DNA of 64,000 nucleotides from Candidatus Multivoradales bacterium (lineage in GTDB: Bacteria > Acidobacteriota > Thermoanaerobaculia > Multivoradales > J023): assembly GCA_965248925.1 (NCBI GenBank), contig CBDFLE010000006.1:1376001-1440000 (forward strand), in the 5' to 3' direction. Each line of letters starts with the position of its first letter. The stretch's first letter is position 1. The notes below the pieces were generated by a model. The model made no database searches. It was not told the DNA's origin and was given only the letters and a program-made list of their open reading frames with translations. Shown one piece after another: positions 19,435-33,138 of this stretch. Both the position numbers and the translations under genes were made by a program.

Positions 19435-20196
19435 ATGTCCAAAGAAATCAGAACTTCCGTCCCCCAAGCCACCCCTACCGCGATTCCTCAGCCGGCCTAC
19501 TTCGAGACCCTGGATGCCGAGGACCAGGGCCATTCGCAGCGCACGTCCCTGGTGATCGCCGCCGCCCTCCACCTGCTGGTCTTAGCGGTCACCGTGCCCC
19601 AGCTCTACTCGGAGGATCTGGTCGCCGAAGCACCCGACGACAAGGTCTACATGTTGAATCCGCTGAGATTCCGACCCCCACCACCGCCTACACCGGAACC
19701 GCCCCCCACCCCACAGGCGAGCATTCCGGTACCCGACATCACTCCCGACGACCCCGAGCCGGTGCCCCTTGAGGATCCGTTGCCAGAATTCCAACTCGCT
19801 GCTCTCGATCTGTCCTTCGGCGTGCCGGAGGCTCCCCCAGCGCCCAGCGAAGCGCTCCTGCCGGCCACTCCGCCGCCAGATGTTCCACTGCGGGTCGGGG
19901 TCGACATCGAGGCGCCGGATCGCCTGCATTTCGTAAAACCGAGATACCCTCACCGCGCCATCCGCACTCAGTTGCGCGGCAAGGTCGTCTTGCAATTGAC
20001 GATCGATAAGAAAGGGCTGGTCACCAACTTGGTGGTGCGCAAGAAACTACCTCTGGGCCTCACCGAAGCGGCGGTCACCGCCGTCAAACAGTGGCGGTTT
20101 CGGCCAACACTGGTCAACGGCCGGCCGGTCGAGCTGCTCTACGTCGTTACGGTCAACTTCGAGCTGAATTCCGCGCCACGCTTCGCCGCCAACTAG
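19435..20196 (+). CDS. TonB-family protein (TM anchor, Pro-rich linker, TonB_C)
   Basis: SLVIAAALHLLVLA anchor, PPPPPTPEPPP, PRYPHRA...GKVVLQLTIDKKG...AVKQWRFRP; SD GAGGAG. Confidence 0.88.
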   Translation: MSKEIRTSVPQATPTAIPQPAYFETLDAEDQGHSQRTSLVIAAALHLLVLAVTVPQLYSEDLVAEAPDDKVYMLNPLRFRPPPPPTPEPPPTPQASIPVPDITPDDPEPVPLEDPLPEFQLAALDLSFGVPEAPPAPSEALLPATPPPDVPLRVGVDIEAPDRLHFVKPRYPHRAIRTQLRGKVVLQLTIDKKGLVTNLVVRKKLPLGLTEAAVTAVKQWRFRPTLVNGRPVELLYVVTVNFELNSAPRFAAN

Positions 20197-20204
20197 CGAC
20201 GCGC

Positions 20205-21626
20205 CTAGATCACTTGGGTCTTCCACCGACCGCGGCGGAAGGCCCAGACCGACACCACTGCCACCAAAGCCTCGGCAATGGGTATGGCGGCGAATACCCC
20301 CACCGGGCCATAGCCCCAATGCTGCGCCAGCAAGTAGGCCAGCGGAATCTGCACCAGCCAGTAACAGAACAGGTTGATGTAGGTCGGAGTCACCGTATCG
20401 CCCGCCCCGTTGAAAGCCTGCGGCATGACCATGCCATAGGCATAGAACAGGTAGCCAAAGCTCACCCAGCGCAGACATTGCACCCCCCAACGCAACACCT
20501 CCGGATCGTCGGTAAACAGGTCCACAAGCGGCCGGGCGAAAATCACGAACACCACCCCCACCGAGCCGAGAAAACAGAGGTTGTAGAGCCCGGTCAGCCA
20601 CACCGAGCGTTCCGCCCGCTCAGGTTGGCCAGCACCTAGGTTCTGTCCAACCAGGGTCGCCGCGGCGTTGCACATGCCCCACGACGGCAAGATCGCCATC
20701 AACACCAGCCGGATGGCGATGGCGTAACCGGCTAGAACTTCGCTGCCGTAGGTCGAGAGGATTCTGACCATCCCGACCCAGCTCGAGGTGGATACCAGAA
20801 ACTGCAAGATACCGGTCGAGGAGACCCGAGCGAGGCGGCTGATTATCGGCAGATTGAGACGCAGATGCTGCCAACCGAGGGTGAATCGAGCACGGCCAGA
20901 GCTCAAGATCCAGAGCTGGAATAGCACCCCGCAGCCACGACCGATGGCGGTGGCGATGGCCGCCCCAGTAAGACCCAGCTCAGGGAACGGCCCGAGGCCG
21001 AAAATCAGGCAGGGGTCGAGAACGATATTGATACCGTTGGCCAGCCACAGGGCGCGCATGGCGTAGGCGGCGTCGCCAGCACCGCGAAACACCGCGTTGA
21101 TCAGGAACAAATAGTAGATGACCAAAGAGCTACCGAGCACGATGGTGGTGTAGGCCGAGCCGCCCTCTATTACTTCGGCTTCGGCACCCATCAGCGCCAA
21201 CAACCGAGGCGCCATGAGAATGCCAATCACGGCGGTGATTGACGCCGCCAACAAGCCGAGCAGCAAAGCCTGCGCCGCGGCGGTGCCAGCATCATTGAAG
21301 CGCTTCTCCCCAATCCGCCGCGCCACCATCGCGGTGGTGGCCGCTGACAGGCCGATGGCCACCGAAAAGACAATGGTCATCATGGTCTCGGTCAACGCCA
21401 CCGCCGCCACCGCCGAGGCTCCCAGCCGAGCGACGAAAAAGACGTCCACCAAGCCGAAAACCGACTCCATCAACATCTCCAAGACCATCGGCACCGCCAG
21501 CAACAGCACCGCCCGCGGGATGCTACCCTGGGTGTAGTCTCGTTGTGCGCCGCGAATCGCCGCCCGCACCTCAAACCCCAGGCTGGGGTCTTCAGTTGTC
21601 AAACTAGGGTCCGCGGTGGCGCTCAT
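20205..21626 (-). CDS. MATE-family efflux transporter
   Basis: LLAVPMVLEMLMESVFGLVDVFFV, FRGAGDA, INIVLDPCLIFG, VGQNLGAG; about 12 TM segments. Confidence 0.92.
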   Translation of the reverse strand: MSATADPSLTTEDPSLGFEVRAAIRGAQRDYTQGSIPRAVLLLAVPMVLEMLMESVFGLVDVFFVARLGASAVAAVALTETMMTIVFSVAIGLSAATTAMVARRIGEKRFNDAGTAAAQALLLGLLAASITAVIGILMAPRLLALMGAEAEVIEGGSAYTTIVLGSSLVIYYLFLINAVFRGAGDAAYAMRALWLANGINIVLDPCLIFGLGPFPELGLTGAAIATAIGRGCGVLFQLWILSSGRARFTLGWQHLRLNLPIISRLARVSSTGILQFLVSTSSWVGMVRILSTYGSEVLAGYAIAIRLVLMAILPSWGMCNAAATLVGQNLGAGQPERAERSVWLTGLYNLCFLGSVGVVFVIFARPLVDLFTDDPEVLRWGVQCLRWVSFGYLFYAYGMVMPQAFNGAGDTVTPTYINLFCYWLVQIPLAYLLAQHWGYGPVGVFAAIPIAEALVAVVSVWAFRRGRWKTQVI

Positions 21627-21721
21627 CGCTCACTCTGCGCCAACCCGTGACGATCCGGCCGGTGCCAACTAGCACGGTGCAAGTTGGCGCGGTGTAGGCT
21701 GTAGCACTGGAGAACTAGTGC

Positions 21722-21747
21722 GAAACCTGGCGGCAAGTCCGCACGTA
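21722..21747 (+). promoter_or_regulatory. Candidate ECF-sigma promoter (GAAAC-N17-CGTA)
   Basis: gaaac ctggcggcaagtccgca cgta, about 24 nt upstream of the small membrane-protein start. Confidence 0.4.
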
Positions 21748-21770
21748 GTCGGCGATAGGAGGTATCGAAC

Positions 21771-21971
21771 ATGGTGAAGTTTCTGCTTTGGTGTCTGCTC
21801 TTTGTGATCTCGTGGCCGGTGGCGATCTTAGCGCTGCTGATCTATCCCCTGGTCTGGCTGATATCGATCCCGTTTCGCATCCTCGGGTTCACGGCCCATG
21901 CCCTGCTGGACTTCTTGAAGGCCATTCTGATGCTGCCGTCGCGGCTGCTCGGTGGTCGCAGCGCGGCTTGA
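21771..21971 (+). CDS. Small (66 aa) hydrophobic membrane protein
   Basis: Perfect SD AGGAGGT; MVKFLLWCLLFVISWPVAILALLIYPLVWLISIPFR. Confidence 0.8.
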   Translation: MVKFLLWCLLFVISWPVAILALLIYPLVWLISIPFRILGFTAHALLDFLKAILMLPSRLLGGRSAA

Positions 21972-21999
21972 AGATTCCGCTGCGATTCCCCAGCCTAGT

Positions 22000-23796
22000 T
22001 TACTCATCACCGATGGCGGGCAGGTAACCCGGCTCCCTGGGCAAAGCCAAACGCTGGTTGCGCTCACCAGCCAGCTTGTAGACCTGAAGAAAAGCCTCAT
22101 CTTCAGCGCTCCACCGATCCTTGGCCTGACGCCGAGCAGCACGCTGGGTCTCATGAGCCAGCAAGTAGTGGCCGCCCTCATAAGCCACCCAGGCGATCAA
22201 CCGCTGGCTCTCGAGCGGCTCACCATTCCAATCTGCCAAGCCCAGTGCGCGCTCGAGGTGGCTACGGGCCTGGAAAGGATAGCCCCGGCGGAGAGAGGTT
22301 CGGGTCAGACGCAGTGAGGCGGTGCCGATGTCGGCAGTCTCACCGAGCTGCTCGGCTAGCTCCAGGAGATCTTCCCAGCGCTCTTCGGCCCTATCTAGCT
22401 GGCCCCGTTGGTAAGCCAGAGCCGCCAACCGCCGCAGCAGTATCCGTTGGTGTTGGCGATGACCGAGCCGCAGGCGATAAGCCAGAGCTTGATTCCAGCT
22501 CTTCTCGGCAGCCGCCAGATCACCCCGTTGGCGCTGAACCTCACCCAAGCTGGCCAGGGCGCGGTGCTCGAGTTCGCCATCCTCGAAGCCAACGGCCAGC
22601 TGTCGTGATTCGCCGAATAAGTCAGCCGCGGCGGCCAGGTCTCGCCCCTGCGCCAGGCTACCAAGCTGCAACAGGCTATCCGCCTGGCCGAGCAGGTCGC
22701 CGAGTTGCTGCTCTAGTTGCAGACGCTCGAAATACAGCTCTTCAGCCCGCTCGGTCCGACCCCGCGTCAGCGCCAGGCGCGCTTGCAAATGGAGTAAGGC
22801 CAGTAAACCCCGGCGCTCTGTCGGTCCTGCGAGCAGACCGCGAGCCTGCGTCTGCAAGTCGGCCGCCTGCCGCAGGCGACCTTGAGCGACCGCCAACTCG
22901 GCCAGGCCGACCAAAGCAGCGGCTTGAAGCCGTCGATCACCGCTCTGCTGCCCAGCGAGCAATACTGCCGCCCACAACTCAGCACTCTCGGCCAACTGCC
23001 CAAGAGCGCCGCGAGCGCTAGCCAAGCCGGCCTGCGCAGCAACGAAATCCGCGGTCTCGAGGCAGGTCTCGAAATGGCGTTCCGCGATCGCCGGCTCACC
23101 CTCGACCAATGCCTCTACTCCCATGGAATAGAGGCGCAATAAGAACGGGCTGGCGATAAACAACCCGGCCACCGGCGGCGGCTCGACATTGGTACCCACC
23201 GCCGCGGCTAGCAGCGCCACCAGGCCATCGGCCAACGCCACCAGATCATCACCTTCGAGGCTAGCCCGGCCGACTTCCCCTTGGCTGTCAAACAGCGTCA
23301 ACCCAGCCAACCAGCCACCGTCGCGGCGTGAGACCTCGATTCGAGTAACAAACTCGGCGCCCAAAGCCAGCGCCAGCCGACGCTGACTCTGGTGATTCAT
23401 CTCGGTAGAGCCATCGAGCGCCCGGCGGCGGAGCTCCACGGCCAAACGTTCGGAGTCGATCAGGTCGACCCCGGGAGTCCGCTCTAGGGACTCAGCGACC
23501 ACCCGCAACAAACCGTGTTCGACCCAATCGACGCTGACCGCGCCCTGGGCGTTGACCATCGGCAGCAGCGCCAGCCCCCCCTTTCGCGGCAAGGTGAGGC
23601 GCGAGGCATTGCCACCACCGCTCTGCGAATAGAGCACCAAGACCACCACCAGTAGCGCGGCGACCAAGGCCACCCAAGGCCACCACCCACGGCCGCGACT
23701 CGGGGAGTGGGAGGAGCGCGACCGAGAACCCGCGAAGCCGAAACCGTGGCCAGCCACCGGCGTCGGGTCTTCCTGCTTGCCTGCCACCGAACTCAT
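22000..23796 (-). CDS. Single-pass membrane protein with TolB_N-like region and TPR repeats
   Basis: TM WWPWVALVAALLVVVLVLY, then LALLPMVN...DWVEHGL, then helical TPR-like repeats. Start set at MSSVAG. Confidence 0.75.
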   Translation of the reverse strand: MSSVAGKQEDPTPVAGHGFGFAGSRSRSSHSPSRGRGWWPWVALVAALLVVVLVLYSQSGGGNASRLTLPRKGGLALLPMVNAQGAVSVDWVEHGLLRVVAESLERTPGVDLIDSERLAVELRRRALDGSTEMNHQSQRRLALALGAEFVTRIEVSRRDGGWLAGLTLFDSQGEVGRASLEGDDLVALADGLVALLAAAVGTNVEPPPVAGLFIASPFLLRLYSMGVEALVEGEPAIAERHFETCLETADFVAAQAGLASARGALGQLAESAELWAAVLLAGQQSGDRRLQAAALVGLAELAVAQGRLRQAADLQTQARGLLAGPTERRGLLALLHLQARLALTRGRTERAEELYFERLQLEQQLGDLLGQADSLLQLGSLAQGRDLAAAADLFGESRQLAVGFEDGELEHRALASLGEVQRQRGDLAAAEKSWNQALAYRLRLGHRQHQRILLRRLAALAYQRGQLDRAEERWEDLLELAEQLGETADIGTASLRLTRTSLRRGYPFQARSHLERALGLADWNGEPLESQRLIAWVAYEGGHYLLAHETQRAARRQAKDRWSAEDEAFLQVYKLAGERNQRLALPREPGYLPAIGDE

Positions 23797-23991
23797 AGCG
23801 GCTTTATACCACCGTGCTCGTGCCTCACCCGCGCACCGCTCGGCTCTTACCACCGGCCGACCGGCGCCAATCAGCTACAATGATCCTCTCAAACCTAAAA
23901 GAGTAAGCTTGGATCCTAGCTTGAAGTGGTTTCTGCAACCACCTCGATCCACTACAACAACCCTAGCGAAAATCACTGCGACACCCACACC

Positions 23992-25896
23992 ATGGCTCTT
24001 CCTGTTCAGCAGCTCGAAGGCAAATACGAGATCGTCGCCAAGATCAAAGAGGGCGGCATGGGGGCAATCTATCGGGTGCGCCATCGCTTGCTCGACGAGA
24101 TTCGAGTGGTCAAGGTGCTGCGTCCACAACTCGAGAAGGACAGCAATCTGAAGGCCAGGTTTGCCCACGAGGCAAGAGCCGCGATCCAGCTCAAACATCC
24201 CAACATCGTGCAGATCTTCGACTACAGCGTCGACCCTACGGGGATTGGCTGCATCGTCATGGAGCACATCGACGGGATTGACCTGCGGCAGCTGATTGCC
24301 GTCGCCGAGCCACCTTCGTTGCGGTTGGCTCTGGAGATCGCGCGCCAGGCACTGCGGGCGCTGGCCTATCTCCACAATCGCGGATTTGTGCATCGCGACC
24401 TGTCACCCGACAACCTGATGCTGACTCTCGACGTCGACCACCAGCCGCTGGTCAAGATCATTGATCTGGGCATCGCCAAACGCCGTGACAGCACTAGCCA
24501 ACTGACCGTCAGCGGTAGCTTCCTGGGAAAGTTCCGCTACTCCTCGCCGGAGCACTTCGGCAGCGAAGGACCCGGCGGAGTCAACGCCCAGAGTGATCTC
24601 TACGCTTTCGGCGTGGTGCTCTATGAATTGATCACCGGTTGCTATCCGATTGCTGGTGAAAGTACTTCTCAACTGATCGCCGGGCACCTATTCCAAGAAC
24701 CGATGTCTTTTGCCGACAGCGATCCAGCGGGAAAAATCCCCTCTGAGCTGCGTCAAGCAGTGATGCGGGCACTAGCCAAGCGGCCCGACGATCGATTCGC
24801 CCAGGCAGCGGACTTTGCCCAAGCTATCGCCAAACTGCAACGCCGTTTCCCTCTCGAAGCGGAGCAATCCAGCGAGGCCGGGCGCTTCGCCGCACTCGGT
24901 GCCCGAGTGCTGCCCTCCGCGACCCCAGGATCCACCCAGGCCAAACTCGACCAAGATTTCGGCGCCGGCGCCACGCCGCTACACATTGACTCCGGCAGCG
25001 CTCTCGAAGACATCGAGCGCGAGGTCGGGGAGCTACTGGCTGGAGCCGAGAGTCTAGAGCGTGAACGCCGCTCCGAACAAGCCAGGCTACAGGCCCAAGC
25101 GGCGCTCAGCCTGGCCCCGGAGAACACCGCTGCCAAGCGCCTGGTTGCCCAGCTGAGCGACAAACTACCGACCCTACCGCCCACTTCGAGCGCCCTACCT
25201 TCACCACCAACGCCCACTGCCGAGGCACCCTCCCCCGACAAGCCCGCTTCTAGCTACAACCATCTGGCGGCGGCCCTCGAGGCTACCGAGCGCGGCAACT
25301 TTAGCCGCGCCAGCCAAGCACTTGAACGAGTGTTGGATCAAGGCCCTGGCGACTCCTCGGTCGAGGCCCTGCTTAGCGATAGCCAGAAACGGCTGGCCGC
25401 CGAGCAGGAGACCAGCGCCATCGAGCGTGAGTGCGTTGCTATCCGCAAGCTGATCGAGCACGACGATCTCGAGACTGCCGAGAGCCAGGTGCTGGTGGCG
25501 GAGAGCCGGTTTGGCCGCCGCTCGGACTTTACTCAGCTGAGCGACGAGATAGCCGAGCATCACCGCCGCCGAGTGAGCGACTTGATCGGCGCCGCCGGGC
25601 GCGCTTTCGAGGCCGCCGACTTGCCACGAGCCGCGACCCTGCTGCGTCGTGCGCATCAGTTGGAGCCCGAAGACGACTGGATCCGGGCCCGCTTGCGCCA
25701 AGCCGAGGCTGGTCAAACCAGCCGCTCGCCAGCAGACACCAGCCTGGCGGAGATCAAACGCCTGCGCGCGGCTGGAGAATCGGTGGCCGCCTGGCAGCGG
25801 CTCAAGCAACTGCTCGACACAGGATCCGAGGACCCCCGGCTCGAACAGCTACAACGCCAACTAGCCCGCGAGATCCTCGGCGACGAGCCTCAGTAA
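23992..25896 (+). CDS. Hanks-type Ser/Thr protein kinase with C-terminal TPR/helical region
   Basis: EGGMGAIY, VVKVL, HPNIV, HRDLSPDNL, DLGIAK, YSSPE, SDLYAFGVVLYELITG; no TM segment seen. Confidence 0.92.
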   Translation: MALPVQQLEGKYEIVAKIKEGGMGAIYRVRHRLLDEIRVVKVLRPQLEKDSNLKARFAHEARAAIQLKHPNIVQIFDYSVDPTGIGCIVMEHIDGIDLRQLIAVAEPPSLRLALEIARQALRALAYLHNRGFVHRDLSPDNLMLTLDVDHQPLVKIIDLGIAKRRDSTSQLTVSGSFLGKFRYSSPEHFGSEGPGGVNAQSDLYAFGVVLYELITGCYPIAGESTSQLIAGHLFQEPMSFADSDPAGKIPSELRQAVMRALAKRPDDRFAQAADFAQAIAKLQRRFPLEAEQSSEAGRFAALGARVLPSATPGSTQAKLDQDFGAGATPLHIDSGSALEDIEREVGELLAGAESLERERRSEQARLQAQAALSLAPENTAAKRLVAQLSDKLPTLPPTSSALPSPPTPTAEAPSPDKPASSYNHLAAALEATERGNFSRASQALERVLDQGPGDSSVEALLSDSQKRLAAEQETSAIERECVAIRKLIEHDDLETAESQVLVAESRFGRRSDFTQLSDEIAEHHRRRVSDLIGAAGRAFEAADLPRAATLLRRAHQLEPEDDWIRARLRQAEAGQTSRSPADTSLAEIKRLRAAGESVAAWQRLKQLLDTGSEDPRLEQLQRQLAREILGDEPQ

Positions 25897-26035
25897 CTCC
25901 CCCCAGAAGGAGAAGCACGCCTCTCCACCCGCGTGGGATCTTCTGGTTCGTGATCAAGGAACTGCTGCCGACCCAGCAAAAGTTCGGGTACAATAGAAAA
26001 TTCACCGAAACAAAACTGGATCTTCAGAGAGCTAC

Positions 26036-29027
<2,992 letters not shown>

Positions 29028-29035
<8 letters not shown>

Positions 29036-29540
29036 ATCCACCGCCCACCACCGCGCCGCCGCGGCCGGCCAGGTGGGTGCTTGCGCGGTGCTGTCGGTCA
29101 GTGACACTCGCACCCCCGCAACCGACCAAGGCGGTCGGCTGATCATCGAGCGCCTGGAAAACGCCGGTCACCGCTTGGCCGCTTACCAATTGACCAAAGA
29201 CGAACCGGCGAAGATCGAGGCGCCTCTGCAAGCCTGGATCGAAGACACCGAGATCGACTTGATCCTCACCACAGGCGGCACCGGCATCTCCCGCCGCGAT
29301 ACCACCATCGAAGTTGTCGAGCGGCTACTCGACAAACCCCTACCCGGCTTCGGCGAACTCTTCCGCATGCTCAGCTGGCAAGAAATCCAAGCCGCCGCCA
29401 TGCTCAGCCGCGCCACCGCCGGCCTGGCCAGTCAAACGATGATCTTCGCCATGCCCGGCTCGGTCGCCGCTGTGCGGCTGGCATTGGACCAGCTGATCAT
29501 CCCCGAGCTGCGTCACCTGATCTGGGAACGACGTCGCTGA
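29028..29540 (+). CDS. moaB: Molybdenum cofactor biosynthesis protein MoaB/MogA family
   Basis: SVSDTR, TTGGTGISRRDTT, PGFGELFR, AMLSRA, FAMPGS; overlaps the SNF2 stop by 8 bp. Confidence 0.88.
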
Positions 29541-29778
29541 GCGGCAGCTTTCCGCGAGATCACTGAGTCGTAACTCGGTGAGTCGTGACTCAGCGAAGGC
29601 CTCCCGCTGCATGGAGCCTGGAGGCACTAAAAGAAGAAACCGCAAGTCGTCGGTATCCCGATGGTTTCCACGAGGGTAGACCAGGCTTTATCTGCCCCGC
29701 CAAGCCAGATATCCTCGGCCACAGCGACTCCATTGCAAGCTCACCCAACCCAACCCAATCGATCGTCCTGGAGGTTTC

Positions 29779-32700
29779 ATGCCTGCACGTCTGCTCGTCT
29801 GCCTGCTCGCCCTTCTGCTACCGGGGCTCGCCACGCCCTCGGTCGACGCCCACCCCGATCACGGCGAAACCGCAGCGGCCAACGAGCACGGCACCAGCAC
29901 CAGCAGCCGCTTGCCGGGACGGAAGAAACACGGCCACAAGGGCACCAAGCACGGCGCCGACACAGCTGCTGAGGAGAGCGACGAAAAGCAAGAGAAGTGG
30001 GATGTTGACCATCCCCCTGGCAACGATCCCTACCCGGTAGGAATCGATGTCGACGAAGGCACCTGGATGAGCCTCGACGTCTCACCCGATGGCCAGCAGA
30101 TCGTCTTCGACCTGCTGGGCGACATCTACCGCCTGCCGATCACCGGCGGCGACGCCGAAGCATTGACCGCCGGCATGGCCTGGGACATGCAACCGCGCTA
30201 CAGCCCGGACGGACAGCAGATCGCCTTCACCAGCGACCGGGGCGGCGGCGACAACATCTGGCGCATGGGCGCTGACGGCAGCGATCCCGAAGCGGTGAGC
30301 AGCGAGGACTTCCGGCTGCTCAATTCACCCGCTTGGAGCCCCGACGGAGAGTGGATCGTGGCGCGCAAGCATTTCACCTCACGACGCTCGCTGGGAGCGG
30401 GTGAAATCTGGCTCTACCATCGCTCGGGCGGCCATGGGATGCAGATGACCGAGAAGCCCAACGAGCAGAAGGATCTCGGCGAGCCGGCCTTCTCGGCCGA
30501 CGGCCATTACGTCTATTTCAGCCGCGACACCACCCCCGGCGACACCTTCCAATACTCGAAAGACCCCAACGACGAGATCTACACCATCCGCCGCCTCGAC
30601 CGCGACACCGGCGAGATCGAGCCCTTCATCACCGGTCCCGGCGGCGCGGTGCGCCCCACCCCTTCACCAGATGGCAAATACCTGGCCTTTGTGCGCCGAG
30701 TGCGCTTCCGGACCGTGCTTTTTTTGCACGATCTCGAAAGCGGCCGCAACACACCGCTATACGAGAACCTAGAGCGGGACCTGCAAGAGACCTGGGCGAT
30801 CCACGGGGTCTATCCGACCTTCGCCTGGACTCCCGACAGTCGTTCCATCGTGTTCTACGCCAAGGGCAAGATTCGCCGCATCGAAATCGCCAGCGGCGAA
30901 TCGCAAGTGATTCCCTTCCGGGTACGCCAAACCCACCATCTGCTCACAGCCCTGCGCTTCCCGGTGGAGGTGGCGCCGGACCAATTCAAAGTCAAAATGC
31001 TGCGCTGGGTACAGGTATCGCCAAGCGGCGACCAGGTGATCTTCCAAGCTCTGGGCCGACTGTGGAGCCGCCAGCTTCCCGACGGCGAGCCCCAGAGGCT
31101 GACCGATCAGAACGACCATTTCGAACTCTACCCATCGTTCTCCCGCGATGGCCAGCAGATCGTCTACGTCAGCTGGGATGATCAAAAACTGGGCGCAGTG
31201 CGAATCATCGCGTCGAGCGGCGGCGCCAGCCGCAGCCTGACCGCGGAGCCCGGCCACTACGTAGAGCCGGTGTTCTCCCCCAATGGCAAGACCGTGGTCT
31301 TTCGAAAGATCGGCGGCGGTTTAGTGCGCAGCCCGCTGTATTCTCGCAACCAGGGTCTCTACGCCCTAGCAACCGATGGCGGCGAGCCGCTCAAAGTGAC
31401 TTCGAACGGTGTACGCCCGCACTTCGCGGCCGACTCCCAGCGAGTCTACTTCCAGAGCTTCGACGGCCCCAAAGAGCGCACCTTACGCTCGATCGAGCTC
31501 GATGGCAGCGATGAGCGCAGCCACTTCCAGAACGAGGCCGTCACCGAATACCGGATTTCTCCAGACGGCCTCTGGGTAGCCTTCCGCGAGCATTTCAACG
31601 CCTACGTGGCCCCCTTCGTCGCCACCGGCAAAGCGATCTCACTGGGCCCCAAGACCAAGAACCTGCCGCTGCGCCAAGTGTCGCGTGACGCTGGCGAGTA
31701 CTTGCATTGGTCGGGGGACAGTTCCAAACTCTACTGGGCTCTGGGTCCAGAACTCTACGAACGCCAACTCAGCGACGCCTTCGCCTTCCTCGACGGCGCC
31801 CCTGAGGAACTCCCCGAAGCGGCCGGGAGCGGTCTCGACATCGGCTTCGAGCTGGCCACCGACAAGCCCTCCGGCCGAGTGGCCTTCGTCGGTGCCCGGT
31901 TGATCACCATGCGCGGTGAAGAGATCATCGAAGACGGCACGGTGTTGGTCGAGGGTGACCGCATCGTCGCTGTGGGCAACCGAGAAGAGATCGAAGTGCC
32001 AGCCGATGCCTTCGTCGTCGACGCCGCTGGCAAGACCCTGATCCCCGGCTTGGTAGACGTCCACTGGCACGGCCGCCAAGGCAGCGCCGAGATCACCCCC
32101 GAACAGAATTGGCTGAACTATGCCAGCCTGGCCTTCGGTGTCACCACCGCCCACGATCCTTCGAACGACACTTCGACCTTCTTCGCCGCTGCCGAGCTGG
32201 CCAAAGCCGGCATGATCACCGCCCCGCGGCTATTCTCCACCGGCACCATCCTCTACGGCGCGACAGGTGACTTCAAAGCAGAGATCAACTCCCTCGACGA
32301 CGCCCGCTCACACCTGCGCCGCATGCAGGCGGCCGGCGCCTTCAGCGTCAAGAGCTACAACCAGCCACGCCGCGAGCAGCGCCAGCAAGTGATCACTGCG
32401 GCGCGCGAACTCAACATGATGGTAGTGCCCGAAGGCGGCTCCCTCTTCATGCACAACATGACCATGGTGGTGGACGGCCACACCGGCATCGAGCACGCCC
32501 TGCCCCTGGAGCGCCTTTACGACGACGTGGTGCAATTGTGGTCCGAGAGCGGCACCGGCTACACCCCAACCTTGGTCGTAGGTTACGGCGGCATTTGGGG
32601 AGAGCGCTATTGGTATCACCACACCAAAGTGTGGGAAAACGAGCGTCTGCTGAGCTTCGTGCCACGGGAGATCATCGACGCGGCGTCTCGGCGCCGGGTG

Positions 32701-33105
32701 ATGGCGCCAGAAGAGGAGTACAACCACATCCGCATCGCCGAAGGCTGCAAACAGCTCAGCGACGCCGGGGTTAGCATCCAACTAGGTGCCCACGGCCAAC
32801 GCGAAGGCTTGGCCGCTCATTGGGAGATGTGGATGTTCGTCCAGGGCGGCATGACCCCGCACCAGGCGCTGCGCGCCGCTACCCTCAACGGCGCTCACTA
32901 CCTGGGCCTCGACAACGACCTAGGTTCCATCGAACCCGGCAAGCTCGCCGACCTGGTGCTGCTAGAGAACAACCCCCTGGCCGACATTCGCAGCTCCGAA
33001 AACGTCCTCTACACTATGCTGGGCGGTCGCCTCTACGAAGCCAGCAGCATGAACCAAATCGCCCCCAACAAGGTCAAAAGAGCCCCCTTCTACTGGCAAC
33101 AATAG
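29779..33105 (+). CDS. Secreted amidohydrolase-family protein with N-terminal TolB/PD40 beta-propellers
   Basis: SD GGAGG; signal peptide; His/Lys-rich N-terminal tail; SPDG repeats; IPGLVDVHWH, GHTGIEH, GSIEPGKLADLV. Confidence 0.9.
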   Translation: MPARLLVCLLALLLPGLATPSVDAHPDHGETAAANEHGTSTSSRLPGRKKHGHKGTKHGADTAAEESDEKQEKWDVDHPPGNDPYPVGIDVDEGTWMSLDVSPDGQQIVFDLLGDIYRLPITGGDAEALTAGMAWDMQPRYSPDGQQIAFTSDRGGGDNIWRMGADGSDPEAVSSEDFRLLNSPAWSPDGEWIVARKHFTSRRSLGAGEIWLYHRSGGHGMQMTEKPNEQKDLGEPAFSADGHYVYFSRDTTPGDTFQYSKDPNDEIYTIRRLDRDTGEIEPFITGPGGAVRPTPSPDGKYLAFVRRVRFRTVLFLHDLESGRNTPLYENLERDLQETWAIHGVYPTFAWTPDSRSIVFYAKGKIRRIEIASGESQVIPFRVRQTHHLLTALRFPVEVAPDQFKVKMLRWVQVSPSGDQVIFQALGRLWSRQLPDGEPQRLTDQNDHFELYPSFSRDGQQIVYVSWDDQKLGAVRIIASSGGASRSLTAEPGHYVEPVFSPNGKTVVFRKIGGGLVRSPLYSRNQGLYALATDGGEPLKVTSNGVRPHFAADSQRVYFQSFDGPKERTLRSIELDGSDERSHFQNEAVTEYRISPDGLWVAFREHFNAYVAPFVATGKAISLGPKTKNLPLRQVSRDAGEYLHWSGDSSKLYWALGPELYERQLSDAFAFLDGAPEELPEAAGSGLDIGFELATDKPSGRVAFVGARLITMRGEEIIEDGTVLVEGDRIVAVGNREEIEVPADAFVVDAAGKTLIPGLVDVHWHGRQGSAEITPEQNWLNYASLAFGVTTAHDPSNDTSTFFAAAELAKAGMITAPRLFSTGTILYGATGDFKAEINSLDDARSHLRRMQAAGAFSVKSYNQPRREQRQQVITAARELNMMVVPEGGSLFMHNMTMVVDGHTGIEHALPLERLYDDVVQLWSESGTGYTPTLVVGYGGIWGERYWYHHTKVWENERLLSFVPREIIDAASRRRVMAPEEEYNHIRIAEGCKQLSDAGVSIQLGAHGQREGLAAHWEMWMFVQGGMTPHQALRAATLNGAHYLGLDNDLGSIEPGKLADLVLLENNPLADIRSSENVLYTMLGGRLYEASSMNQIAPNKVKRAPFYWQQ

Positions 33106-33138
33106 AATCCACCCAAGCCCTCCTCTCTAAAGATGAGA

